From assembly GCA_016214885.1 (NCBI GenBank), contig JACRMP010000005.1:134725-198724 (forward strand): 64,000 bases of DNA, read 5' to 3'. Position numbers and translations under genes: made by a program. The notes beneath the pieces were generated by a model that saw only the letters and a program-made list of their open reading frames with translations, was not told where the DNA came from and ran no database searches. This DNA comes from Candidatus Gottesmanbacteria bacterium. Its GTDB lineage: Bacteria; Patescibacteriota; Microgenomatia; UBA10105; UBA927. The first letter of the stretch is position 1. Each line of letters opens with the position of its first letter. This document shows positions 1 to 8,850 of the stretch, in pieces.

Positions 1-1426
1 CCGTTGCGACATATTTCCACACCCGGCTCTTTTGGGTATCCAAAAGATACAGATTGCCGCCAAATGCCGCCATATCGGTAATAGTTCCCCACTCGGCAGA
101 CTTAGGAATAATATTAAGCACTGCTTTTTGATCAGAAAGGCGGATTTGGTGAATGCCGTTTGGCGTCCACACATATACTTTATCGCCGTATGTTGCCACA
201 TGCACCATCCCATCAAAGCCACTGCCTCCTCCGATAATGTTACCGTTCCTATTGGCCACCCCAAGGGTATACATGGTTTTACCGATAGCATCGGCTATAC
301 CTATCGTGTCCTCAAAGAGCGATATGTCCGTTGCCTTAGCGTCTTTTTTTAAAAGCCCCATATCAAAATACAATTCCGGAGATACATCGATACTATGCAT
401 GGCGCGCGTCAAATTCTTAACGACCTCATCATAAAGCTCCTGGGCTGCCCTCCCTTCCGGGGAACGGGATTTTTTGGCCACAATGGGGGCTAATGTATCA
501 CGGGCGATCGTCAACCGCTCCCGGCCTTTAACGGGATTTAATTCCAGAAGTGCCATCCCTTCATCAAACGAATGCTGAGCGACGGCTACGGCGTCGGTTA
601 TTGAACTTTGCACTTTTACGGTATATTGCCGCCGCACCCCCAAAACAACACTTATAAAAAACAGCCCTATCACCGCATACGTCACCAAGTGGCGCGCGGA
701 AAACCGCGGGTTTGCCCGGAGCATATGGACAAATCTCCGGAGCCGCACACGGGTTTCAACGGTGGTTACCCGCCGTCCAATTGCTTTAGCATGTTTAATA
801 AATATGGTCCGTTTACCGGTTTTGGGAACCGGACTAATAGTTGCGGGGGTTGCCGCCGTCTGCAAGGCTTCATCTGCTACCGGCTGCTCCATTTCAAAAA
901 TCAATGCGGCACCCCCCTCACTGCCCTCCCGTTCATGGAGGCGCATGGTCAGCTTTTCGGCAACCTCATGGGGCTTAAGGTGGTCAAATGAACCGATAAT
1001 CTCTTCCCGGGAAAGAGCACTTACAAACGCACCCGTTGCCGCAATTATTGTGTCGCCCGCGCGCATACTCCCCGACAACGAACCTGTTCCGTCTATAAGA
1101 CGCGCAAGCCTACTGTCCCGCTTAAGATACACAGCTCCGCTCCCCCGAGAAACAACATATAGCGTCGCCCCCACAGGAACCAGCAGGATAAGACTCACCA
1201 CATCCTCATTAACTGTTGTTTCGGCAATATCGGAAAGCGCGGACAACGAGACGGGAGTGGTGTCAAAAATACGGGTGAGCTTGGTTAACAGCTGGATGCC
1301 GCGTGTGCGGGCAATACCGTCAGGAGAGTACATTTCCACTACGCCGTACGCATGAGGGGTTTGCAGCACCTGCCCCCACTGCGTATCAGTAGGAACACCC
1401 ACTACGGACGCAACAACCGGCTTCAT
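1..1426 (-). CDS. hypothetical membrane-anchored protein, C-terminus runs off the window start
   Basis: Manual reverse-complement translation from the ATG at 1426..1424 (MKPVVASVVGVPTDTQWGQVLQTPHAYGVVEMYSPDGIA...) stays open to position 1, about 475 codons. It is absent from the ORF track because no stop lies in the window. A central hydrophobic helix (YAVIGLFFISVVLGV) is followed by a repeat-like C-terminal region (...GGNLYLLDTQKSRVWKY). The plus-strand ORFs 32..352, 153..434, 608..991, 762..1355 and 1352..1720 are shadows of this frame. Confidence 0.5.
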   Translation of the reverse strand, partial: MKPVVASVVGVPTDTQWGQVLQTPHAYGVVEMYSPDGIARTRGIQLLTKLTRIFDTTPVSLSALSDIAETTVNEDVVSLILLVPVGATLYVVSRGSGAVYLKRDSRLARLIDGTGSLSGSMRAGDTIIAATGAFVSALSREEIIGSFDHLKPHEVAEKLTMRLHEREGSEGGAALIFEMEQPVADEALQTAATPATISPVPKTGKRTIFIKHAKAIGRRVTTVETRVRLRRFVHMLRANPRFSARHLVTYAVIGLFFISVVLGVRRQYTVKVQSSITDAVAVAQHSFDEGMALLELNPVKGRERLTIARDTLAPIVAKKSRSPEGRAAQELYDEVVKNLTRAMHSIDVSPELYFDMGLLKKDAKATDISLFEDTIGIADAIGKTMYTLGVANRNGNIIGGGSGFDGMVHVATYGDKVYVWTPNGIHQIRLSDQKAVLNIIPKSAEWGTITDMAAFGGNLYLLDTQKSRVWKYVAT

Positions 1427-1467
1427 AGAATCCACCATACCATGAATCTATCGTATCACGGGGACAA

Positions 1468-1686
1468 CTATAAAATAAGAAGGGCCAGTACAAAAACGCC
1501 GATTGCCGCCGCCAGATGGAAAAACGCCGCAACCCTAAGCACCGGTTCGAATGACTCTTCCAACACCTGCGCCATGAGCTGTTCCTGGCGTAAAATAACG
1601 GTAGCAAACACCATATATAACCCCATCCCAAACAGAATAAGGTATTTAATAATGACAAATACTATGTTGGTTATATCAGGTGTCAT
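1468..1686 (-). CDS. small two-helix membrane protein
   Basis: 72 aa with two hydrophobic helices. Its start overlaps the stop of the upstream PH-domain gene by 4 nt (ATGA), consistent with the same operon. Confidence 0.35.
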   Translation of the reverse strand: MTPDITNIVFVIIKYLILFGMGLYMVFATVILRQEQLMAQVLEESFEPVLRVAAFFHLAAAIGVFVLALLIL

Positions 1687-2333
1687 AGCGATGATTTTTG
1701 ATTTTCCAATAACTCGCTGATTGCTTCAACTACCTTGGCAGGCTTCGGCACCGCTAAAAATTCTATATTCGGAAGATCTCCTCCGGCCGTCTGGACATAT
1801 GCATCGCCGTAATCAAAAAATACAGAAAATATCCCGCTGCTTTTATAACTGATATCCTGAATTTTATCGAGCCTCGCTTCAGAAAACTCCTTATAAAGAA
1901 GGTGAATAAAATCGATATCAACAATCCGCTTGTCCGTCACAATATAAATATTAAAAAACCACCGGAGAAAACTCATTAACCCAAAACCAAAGGTGACGAC
2001 ATACCAAAAAGCCGTACCCACAATGATGTAGTTTATTGGAATCTCAAACGGAAGCGTTAAAAAGGTAAATAACAGCGGAAAAAACAGCACGGGGGCAAGC
2101 GCGAGTAAGATAACCAGGAGCGCGGGACCCAACAGCACAATGAGATGCTGACGGAGAAACAGCGCGACTTTCTCTTCTTTTTCCTGTGTCTCAAAACTGA
2201 TACCTTCAGGACTCACTGCAAAACTCGTGAGCGGCGACATTATCGTGCGCTCTAAGTCAGGCTCCCTGGATGTAAATACAGTCGGCATCGCGGCTATTGT
2301 ACAACAATCAGGGGCAGTCGTCACCACCACCAT
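1683..2333 (-). CDS. membrane protein with bacterial PH (bPH_2/YdbT-like) domain
   Basis: Two N-terminal TM helices followed by VTDKRIVDIDFIHLLYKEFSEARLDKIQDISY...GDLPNIEFLAVPKPAKVVEAISEL, which is typical of bPH_2. The true start may be the internal Met at about 2240. Confidence 0.5.
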   Translation of the reverse strand: MVVVTTAPDCCTIAAMPTVFTSREPDLERTIMSPLTSFAVSPEGISFETQEKEEKVALFLRQHLIVLLGPALLVILLALAPVLFFPLLFTFLTLPFEIPINYIIVGTAFWYVVTFGFGLMSFLRWFFNIYIVTDKRIVDIDFIHLLYKEFSEARLDKIQDISYKSSGIFSVFFDYGDAYVQTAGGDLPNIEFLAVPKPAKVVEAISELLENQKSSL

Positions 2334-2345
2334 CCACGAGCGTGG

Positions 2346-4109
2346 CTACTTTCGCTCAATATTAAATAACGGCCCCACAATCTGGATATTGGCAGGCGCA
2401 CGGAGATTAAAAAAGTCCTTAAATTCGCTTCCCTCAAACGTGACACTCCCTGCATCACCGCTGATGGTTATTCCCGTCGTTCTTCCCAGCCCCCAGTCGA
2501 CGCCTGAGATGCTTATCCCGCTTACAGAGTTAAACGGTGTCCCGCCCCTGCTTTTGAGCTCTGCCTTAACCCTGTCCCTATCCCATGTGTCAGTGCCGGC
2601 GGGATTCGGCTTATCCGGCTGGTAGAGGTGTTCTTTTGTGCCACCGTCTTTCCTGGCAAGGAGTATAACGTTTGCCATATCCGCAACCTCTTCGCTTTTA
2701 AGCCACGCGCTCTTCCCGTATTCGTTACGAAAACCCTGTGCAGCATAAAAACAGGGTGAACTGCGATCGTATGCCTTGCTCTGCAGGTCTGAAAAGCTGG
2801 ATATGTCGCCGTTCGCATCGCGGGTCCGCTTGGTCCATGACCGGTGGCTCCCGCCCCACACATCATTATTCTGGAACGTGTACCCTCCGTCTGTTGATGA
2901 AAACCATGCGGCAATTGCAGCTCCTCCCTGCACCATCACTTTGCCCGATGTATCATTCACCGCCTGGTCCCAGGCTCCCCCTTTGGGATCTGTTTTAAAG
3001 ACCTGACAGCTTTGCGTAGCGCAAATGGAATTATTGCCGTTATCTGTTGAATACAGCGCGTAGGAACGTGCGGCGATCGCCTGTGCTTTAAGTGCTTCGG
3101 CAGGCCAGCTGGCCGGCACCTCATAAATCCGTTTTACATACTCCTCTAAACTCCCCGTCCAGATAACCGAACCTTGATTAACTCCGTTGCCATTATTCAC
3201 TTTAATCGTAATTCCCCCTTTATCCTGATAATCGTCAAAGTTGAAGTATGCACGCAGTATCCTGTCATATGAATGTCCGTCATTTGCCCGTCCTAGTGCG
3301 CCATATTGATTCATACCCACCCGGTGCGGAATGCCGTAGGTAAAAAACGCAAATGCCGGAGAAAATCCGGGATTGAGATTTCGATCATCCGTACAATACA
3401 AGGGGCCGGCTCCCAAACTCGACGGAAGATTAAGTCCTGATAATTTTGCCGCCAAAAATGACTGTTGCTTTGCAGACAACGCGGCAATTGCCGATGAAAG
3501 CTTGCTCTGATAAGCAGATGCCTCCCCTACAAGCTTCCTCACCGAAGCCGCCCTTCTGTCTAAATCTTCTTTGAGGGTTCCCAAGGTAATACGCTCTTTT
3601 TCAAGTTCCGCCTTTCTGGTTTCCAAGTCACGGATTGACACGGCGGTTTGTCCAATGAGTTTTTTATCTTCGTCAATAACGACGTGCTGATACGTAAACG
3701 CCCGCAATACCGAACCTACATTAGTAGAAGTAAGAAACGGCAATAGTGGATTATACGTTTGGGTTCTCCGGTATAACGCGGCAATCCGGCGCGTAGCAAG
3801 AGCAAGTGCGTCTGATAATTCATCTTCGGCAACTAAAATTGCCGCTGCTTTCTTAACAAGATCTGCTTCTATCTTCTTGATGCTTGCCTGAAAAGCGGCT
3901 ATATCCGCTTCCATTTTAGCAAGCGCGGAAACATGTGGAGCCTTCGCCTTTTCCATCTGATTCCACTCTTCCTGGCATTTCTCAATTTTCCTTAAACATT
4001 CATCACGGTCACCACAATTGCCGTCACAACTTTGCGCCAAAGCTACAGAGGGAGTAAATAAAATAATGACAGCCAGAAGAAAAATAGACAAAAATCGGGA
4101 AAACTTCAT
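2346..4109 (-). CDS. SpoIID/LytB-domain protein with signal peptide, Cys-rich segment and long coiled coil
   Basis: N-terminal signal peptide MKFSRFLSIFLLAVIILFTPSVALA; Cys cluster CDGNCGDRDECLRKIEKC; heptad-rich region; C-terminal SpoIID signature VPASWPAEALKAQAIAARSYAL. Confidence 0.65.
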   Translation of the reverse strand: MKFSRFLSIFLLAVIILFTPSVALAQSCDGNCGDRDECLRKIEKCQEEWNQMEKAKAPHVSALAKMEADIAAFQASIKKIEADLVKKAAAILVAEDELSDALALATRRIAALYRRTQTYNPLLPFLTSTNVGSVLRAFTYQHVVIDEDKKLIGQTAVSIRDLETRKAELEKERITLGTLKEDLDRRAASVRKLVGEASAYQSKLSSAIAALSAKQQSFLAAKLSGLNLPSSLGAGPLYCTDDRNLNPGFSPAFAFFTYGIPHRVGMNQYGALGRANDGHSYDRILRAYFNFDDYQDKGGITIKVNNGNGVNQGSVIWTGSLEEYVKRIYEVPASWPAEALKAQAIAARSYALYSTDNGNNSICATQSCQVFKTDPKGGAWDQAVNDTSGKVMVQGGAAIAAWFSSTDGGYTFQNNDVWGGSHRSWTKRTRDANGDISSFSDLQSKAYDRSSPCFYAAQGFRNEYGKSAWLKSEEVADMANVILLARKDGGTKEHLYQPDKPNPAGTDTWDRDRVKAELKSRGGTPFNSVSGISISGVDWGLGRTTGITISGDAGSVTFEGSEFKDFFNLRAPANIQIVGPLFNIERK

Positions 4110-4250
4110 AGAGTCTTACCATTGTACCAGACAGAGCGAAACGGGCCATTAGCTTTTATTATTTAGTAATATTTGCTACACTTATAGCCATGAAACGGGC
4201 GATTCTGTCGCTATTTTTGTTTTCCATAGCTCTGTTTATCGCTTCCCCAC

Positions 4251-4664
4251 TTGTGCGGGCTCCGTTATCACAGGTACACGCTCAGCGCCGGAACTGTGAC
4301 TGATGATTCTGTAGGAGAAAGTGCATGCCGGTTTGTCACCACTGGTGATGCCGGAGCATGGAAGTCATGTTTTGAGGGGGGGGGGGCATGGAAGGCAAGC
4401 GGTTGTATAGGTCAGGGGGGAACTCCCAATGATTTCGTCAGTTGGTTTCTGAAACTTGGCACCGGTCTGGGTGGAGGTATTGCATTCCTCCTTATCCTAT
4501 TTTCCGGATTTCAGCGTATTACAAGCGCCGGAAACCCGGAAAAACTCCATGAAGCAAAAGAGCTCATGACGGCCGCAATTTCGGGGCTGCTCCTTATTAT
4601 TTTTTCGATTTTCTTGCTTCGCCTCATCGGGGTAGATATATTACAGATACCGGGTCTCCGGTAA
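4251..4664 (+). CDS. TrbC/VirB2-like T4SS mini-pilin paralog (divergent, Cys-containing N-terminus)
   Basis: The C-terminal two-helix core GGIAFLLILFSGFQRITSAGNPEKLHEAKELMTAAISGLLLIIFSIF aligns with the seven other paralogs. The gene contains a G11 homopolymer at 4376..4386. Confidence 0.55.
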   Translation: MCGLRYHRYTLSAGTVTDDSVGESACRFVTTGDAGAWKSCFEGGGAWKASGCIGQGGTPNDFVSWFLKLGTGLGGGIAFLLILFSGFQRITSAGNPEKLHEAKELMTAAISGLLLIIFSIFLLRLIGVDILQIPGLR

Positions 4665-4668
4665 ACCT

Positions 4669-5019
4669 ATGAACAAAGTGCTTGCCCAGCTTATCATCGA
4701 AGGCAACAGTGGACTTCCGGATATATCTCTCGACGAACCGGAGGGATTTACCTTTAGCGGACAGGGTATCGGCGCTATCGTCGGACAGTCGCTTACCTAC
4801 GTATTTGCTGCAGCGGGGATTGGCCTTCTCCTCATGATTATTTCAAGCGGATATTCGCTCATCATGAGTGCCGGCGACCCCAAAAAAGCGGCCGCGGGCA
4901 AAGCCACCCTTACTAATGCCATTATCGGATTTCTTCTTATATTTGCTGCATTCTGGATTGTACAGATTATGGGGACAGTTCTGGGGTGGCAGAGTATCTT
5001 TGATATTTTTGGCCAGTAA
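4669..5019 (+). CDS. TrbC/VirB2-like T4SS mini-pilin paralog
   Basis: N-terminal MNKVLAQ leader shared with other paralogs; core LIMSAGDPKKAAAGKATLTNAIIGFLLIFAAFWIVQ matches the family motif (TM1 - AGGD-KK loop - TM2). Confidence 0.65.
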   Translation: MNKVLAQLIIEGNSGLPDISLDEPEGFTFSGQGIGAIVGQSLTYVFAAAGIGLLLMIISSGYSLIMSAGDPKKAAAGKATLTNAIIGFLLIFAAFWIVQIMGTVLGWQSIFDIFGQ

Positions 5020-5021
5020 CC

Positions 5022-5702
5022 TTACTTACCGAACCTTCGTTTCCGTTTGGCGTACACTTCTATCGCCTCGTCCAGTTTCTCCGGGGTAAAATCAGGCATA
5101 TGCCACACGGGAAAATACAGCTCACTGTAAACACTCTGCCATGGTAAAAAACCTGAAAGCCGCATCTCCCCACTGGTGCGGATAATGAGGTCGGGGTCAG
5201 GGACACCGGCGGTATCCAGATGAGCGGAAAAATCCTGCTCGGTAACGCGGATAGCGTCAGGCAACGAACGCACGGCGCGGAGGATCTCGTCGCGTCCTCC
5301 GTAATTCAATGCAAAAACCGCAGTAATTTTTTTGTTTTGCGCCGTCTGCTCCATAACTCCCGTGAGCGCTTTCCGGATATCCGGCGCAAACCGGGATATG
5401 TCACCGATAACCCGCACTTTCACTCCTTTGTCGTGGAGGCGCTGCCATCGTTTACGCACCGTATGCCGGAAAATCCGCATGATACCCTCTACCTCTTTTG
5501 CATCCCTGTTCCAGTTTTCCGTAGAAAACGCCCAAAACGTAATAAACGAAACCCCCCGTTTGGCCGCATGTTCAACCAGCGGCTCCAACACTTCATCGGA
5601 AACACGCTGATGCCCTGCAAGCACCGGCAGATTATGCTCTTTTGCCCAACGGCGGTTGCCGTCCATAATTATTGCGATATGAACCGGAATATTATTTGCC
5701 AT
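5022..5702 (-). CDS. uppS: undecaprenyl diphosphate synthase (isoprenyl transferase)
   Basis: IMDGNRRWAKEHNLPVLAGHQRV and FSTENWNRDAKEVEGIM, hallmark cis-prenyltransferase motifs. Confidence 0.9.
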   Translation of the reverse strand: MANNIPVHIAIIMDGNRRWAKEHNLPVLAGHQRVSDEVLEPLVEHAAKRGVSFITFWAFSTENWNRDAKEVEGIMRIFRHTVRKRWQRLHDKGVKVRVIGDISRFAPDIRKALTGVMEQTAQNKKITAVFALNYGGRDEILRAVRSLPDAIRVTEQDFSAHLDTAGVPDPDLIIRTSGEMRLSGFLPWQSVYSELYFPVWHMPDFTPEKLDEAIEVYAKRKRRFGK

Positions 5703-5708
5703 AATGCG

Positions 5709-6689
5709 TTAAAACAAGTGGGTGCTAACGATGTGAGCACCCCGCGCCGGCTTATTATAAATAATTTCTTCAATTCCAGGGAGCTTCATCACAGATTCCG
5801 CTACCCGCGGCTCATCATTACCCACACAGATAATATGGACATTCGGCCCGGCATCTATCGTAAAGTATACCGGTATGCCCTCAGCCCGCAAACGGACTAC
5901 GTGTGCCATTATACGCTGTGTCACGGGGCTCCAGTATCTAAGCGGCGGCACCTGACTCTGCATGACTGCATGCATATCCAGGCAATCCTCTTCTGTGACG
6001 CTCCCGAACAATGCAAAATCCTTCTTTTCTAATGCTTCCCGTATAACTGCCATACGGCGGGGCACTGCATTTAACCTAGCGGCAAGCTTTGGACTGGTGG
6101 TGACCCGCTCCATACCGTCTGTAGTTGAGACTTTTTTCATGCGTTTATCCACAATAACGAGAATATCCCGGATATCCCAGTAATCAGCAGGATGCAGTGA
6201 ATATGCATAGGAGGATTGACTGTCAGTCCCCTTTTCCCATACCGCGAATCCGTCGGGAATACTCCGGCACGCGGAGCCTGATCCCAACCGCGCAAATATC
6301 GTTTGTTCCTTTTCCGAAAGCACTGTCCCCAGTGCTGCAAAACCCGCCATCGTGAGCGCAGCAAATCCGGACGCGGAGGCTGCTGATCCCGCCCCCTTGG
6401 GGAATGTGTTTTTTGTGACCACCCTGGCTCTCAACTCGCTCCCCGCTCGTTCGCGGATACGGGTAAGTCCCTTTATAACACGTGCTTTTTCATGCTCTGA
6501 AAATTCCCCGCCAATAATATCCACACTATCCTCAATGAGTGCCGGATCAAATTCTACGGTAGTAATGGTATGCGCCCCGGTAAGATTCATCGATAGCGAA
6601 TCGTTAAGAGGCAAACGGAGCGTTTCATCGGCTTTTCCCCAATACTTAATGAAGGCAATGTTGGCAGGGGCTTTTGCTGATGCTTTCAT
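5709..6689 (-). CDS. mvaD: diphosphomevalonate decarboxylase family (MDD; a phosphomevalonate-decarboxylase variant cannot be excluded)
   Basis: NIAFIKYWGKADETLRLPLNDSLSMNLT matches the GHMP-family MDD N-terminal signature. The start is trimmed to the internal Met (MKASAK), whose ATG overlaps the upstream stop as ATGA. Confidence 0.8.
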   Translation of the reverse strand: MKASAKAPANIAFIKYWGKADETLRLPLNDSLSMNLTGAHTITTVEFDPALIEDSVDIIGGEFSEHEKARVIKGLTRIRERAGSELRARVVTKNTFPKGAGSAASASGFAALTMAGFAALGTVLSEKEQTIFARLGSGSACRSIPDGFAVWEKGTDSQSSYAYSLHPADYWDIRDILVIVDKRMKKVSTTDGMERVTTSPKLAARLNAVPRRMAVIREALEKKDFALFGSVTEEDCLDMHAVMQSQVPPLRYWSPVTQRIMAHVVRLRAEGIPVYFTIDAGPNVHIICVGNDEPRVAESVMKLPGIEEIIYNKPARGAHIVSTHLF

Positions 6690-7606
6690 GGCTCCCTCCG
6701 CACTCCCGGGGCATTCGGAGTAATGTGGATAACTTGTCCACCTGCAGCTTCTATAGCCTTTTCTATTTGGCCCCGCTTCTCCTTGGGCGCTACCGCAATC
6801 ATACAATCGCCTCCTCCGGCGCCCGACAATTTTGCCCCCCAGGCTCCCGCACCTTTAGCGGCTACTATGAGTGATTCCAGCTTTTCGGAGCTTACCCCCA
6901 AATCCCTAAGATACTCCTGATTAAAGTCCATGAGTTTCCCCACCCGCTCCCAATCTCCTTCCGCCATTTTTTCCCTGGCTCCCATAACCAGGTCCGCAAT
7001 TGCGTCAAAAATACGGGTCACCCGTTCAGTTTGTGCTGCGTATTTTTTAGCGACATCCGCAACAATGGCTGCCGTGTCAGCTTTCACCCCGGTAAACCCC
7101 ACGATAAGCGGCATATGATCACTTGCTGCGGGAGTGATGGTACGGCCAAGATGCTCATACCATACCGTGCCACCCCAAATTGCTGACGCTGCATCAAATC
7201 CTGATCCTACTTTCTGAACAGCAAGAATAGCGTTACGGGAAAGCCTGAACAGCTCGCCGGGAGTCACCTTCCTGCCAATATATTCTGCAATTGCGTATAG
7301 TGTAGCAACCGTCACCGCTGCCGACGATCCTAGCCCGTAATTACCCGAAAATCCGCTCTTTGTAGCAACCAGAACGGGCGGGAGTCTGTTCCCCCAACTC
7401 CCCTGTGCCGCTTCAATCGCGGCCGCAACAAACCGGGTGTCTGATACACCCGGCGTATCAAAATGCATCGCATTGTCGTGAGACGGTGAAAGTGAAACAG
7501 TAAGCCGTTCACTCACCGCAGTTACTAAACACGGCTTACCATACACCACCGCATGATCCCCCAACAAGAGAAGTTTACCCGGCGCGGAAACGGTTATTGT
7601 GTTCAT
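6686..7606 (-). CDS. GHMP kinase, second mevalonate-kinase-like enzyme (probable phosphomevalonate kinase)
   Basis: MNTITVSAPGKLLLLGDHAVVYGKP and GSGFDAASAIWGG are GHMP kinase motifs. It sits between MVK and MDD. Confidence 0.55.
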   Translation of the reverse strand: MNTITVSAPGKLLLLGDHAVVYGKPCLVTAVSERLTVSLSPSHDNAMHFDTPGVSDTRFVAAAIEAAQGSWGNRLPPVLVATKSGFSGNYGLGSSAAVTVATLYAIAEYIGRKVTPGELFRLSRNAILAVQKVGSGFDAASAIWGGTVWYEHLGRTITPAASDHMPLIVGFTGVKADTAAIVADVAKKYAAQTERVTRIFDAIADLVMGAREKMAEGDWERVGKLMDFNQEYLRDLGVSSEKLESLIVAAKGAGAWGAKLSGAGGGDCMIAVAPKEKRGQIEKAIEAAGGQVIHITPNAPGVRREP

Positions 7607-8550
7607 ACAAGCACCTGTTCAAGCTTTACCCCCGCTCCTCCCAGCGTCACCTGAAATGATGGGTAATTATATTTTTTCGCCATACGGACAAGTGAGCCAG
7701 GGCCATCATGTACTGCCAGAATAATACCTGATCCGCCTTTTATCCCCCCCGCGCCACTTATCTTTGCGGCGCCCCCCGATTTTTCAATATTCCTAATAAG
7801 CGTTTTGGCGTCCGGTGATACAATTTCCATTTTTTCCAATAGCATTTCATTTTTTGTGAGCGCATCGCGAAAAACCTGTTCATCCTCATCGTGGATTGCA
7901 CAAGCCACCTCTTTGGTCACCGTTTCCACATCATGTAATAAATTGGTGAAATATCCCCCGTCTTTGTCTTTCACTTCTGCCACATGCCGGACTAAATCAC
8001 CGGTGCTTTCAATTCTGCCGGTATTAATAAGGACAAACGGCGCAAACGTTTTGGGTATTTTAAACGGCAGGAGCCACAGTGTTTTAAGAAATTCCAATTC
8101 TTTCCGATACCAAAGCAGGCCGCCGTGAGTCGCCACCGCAGGATCGCTTCCTGAACTGTTTTCGTGTTTTGCTTTTTCCGCCTGGTACGCACTTTCGTTA
8201 ATAGCCTGAGCATTCCATGGCAATCCCTGCCACGCAGATAGCGCTCCAATAAGGGCTACGGCAAGTGCAGCAGATGAACCCATACCACTACGAACGGGAA
8301 CCGTTGAGGCTATAGCAATGCCAATATCTGCATCAATGGTGACGTTATGTTTTTTCTCAAAAACAGAACAGATCGCGTCGAGATATGTGTCTTTTTTTCT
8401 GACTTCAGATAGACGTGGTGTTGCACCCTTTTCCAGAGTGACATACAAACGAAGCGAGGTTGCCACAATAAGTGTTGGCTTGCCGTATACAACCGCATGT
8501 TCACCGGATATATGAAGCTTGCCCGGAGCTGAAACAGTTACTTTTTTCAT
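7603..8550 (-). CDS. mvk: mevalonate kinase
   Basis: MKKVTVSAPGKLHISGEHAVVYGKP and the GHMP ATP-binding loop PVRSGMGSSAALAVA. Confidence 0.7.
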   Translation of the reverse strand: MKKVTVSAPGKLHISGEHAVVYGKPTLIVATSLRLYVTLEKGATPRLSEVRKKDTYLDAICSVFEKKHNVTIDADIGIAIASTVPVRSGMGSSAALAVALIGALSAWQGLPWNAQAINESAYQAEKAKHENSSGSDPAVATHGGLLWYRKELEFLKTLWLLPFKIPKTFAPFVLINTGRIESTGDLVRHVAEVKDKDGGYFTNLLHDVETVTKEVACAIHDEDEQVFRDALTKNEMLLEKMEIVSPDAKTLIRNIEKSGGAAKISGAGGIKGGSGIILAVHDGPGSLVRMAKKYNYPSFQVTLGGAGVKLEQVLV

Positions 8551-8849
8551 ACCAGGGGTTTTGCTTTGATTCCATAAGGGATCACCCCGTCGCCGTCAGG
8601 GTGGGTCACCCTCCGCACTACGGTAACCACCTTTTGGCCAAACACGAGATCGTTTTCATCATAATCTACCAGCTGACAAGTTATTTTTTTGCCGTCCGAC
8701 AATTCTATAAGGGCTACAGGATACGGCGCCTGATCGGTAAATCCTCCGGGAGGAACACGGACAATTGTCCACGAAAGAATAAAGCCGGTTTTACCGATTA
8801 AACCAGCCACATTTTTTTGATTTCTCCACACTTTAACCGGACTTTGCAT
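8547..8849 (-). CDS. DUF35-type OB-fold protein (thiolase/HMG-CoA synthase scaffold), lacking the Zn-ribbon
   Basis: PYPVALIELSDGKKITCQLVDYDENDLVFGQKVVTVVRR...PDGDGVIPYGIKAKP resembles the C-terminal OB fold of archaeal DUF35 proteins. It lies immediately downstream of thiolase and HMGS. Confidence 0.6.
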   Translation of the reverse strand: MQSPVKVWRNQKNVAGLIGKTGFILSWTIVRVPPGGFTDQAPYPVALIELSDGKKITCQLVDYDENDLVFGQKVVTVVRRVTHPDGDGVIPYGIKAKPLV

Positions 8850-8850
8850 A

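Noticed and set aside
32-1720. Five plus-strand ORFs of 93-197 aa in the first 1.7 kb (32..352, 153..434, 608..991, 762..1355, 1352..1720)
   Set aside because: They overlap one another in different frames and all lie antisense to a continuous 475-codon minus-strand frame with protein-like composition. They are treated as shadow ORFs.
5220-6032. 270-aa plus-strand ORF spanning the uppS / mvaD junction
   Set aside because: It is antisense to two strongly supported genes (UppS and the decarboxylase), its sequence is Arg/His/Cys-rich and low-complexity, and it has no motif. Spurious.
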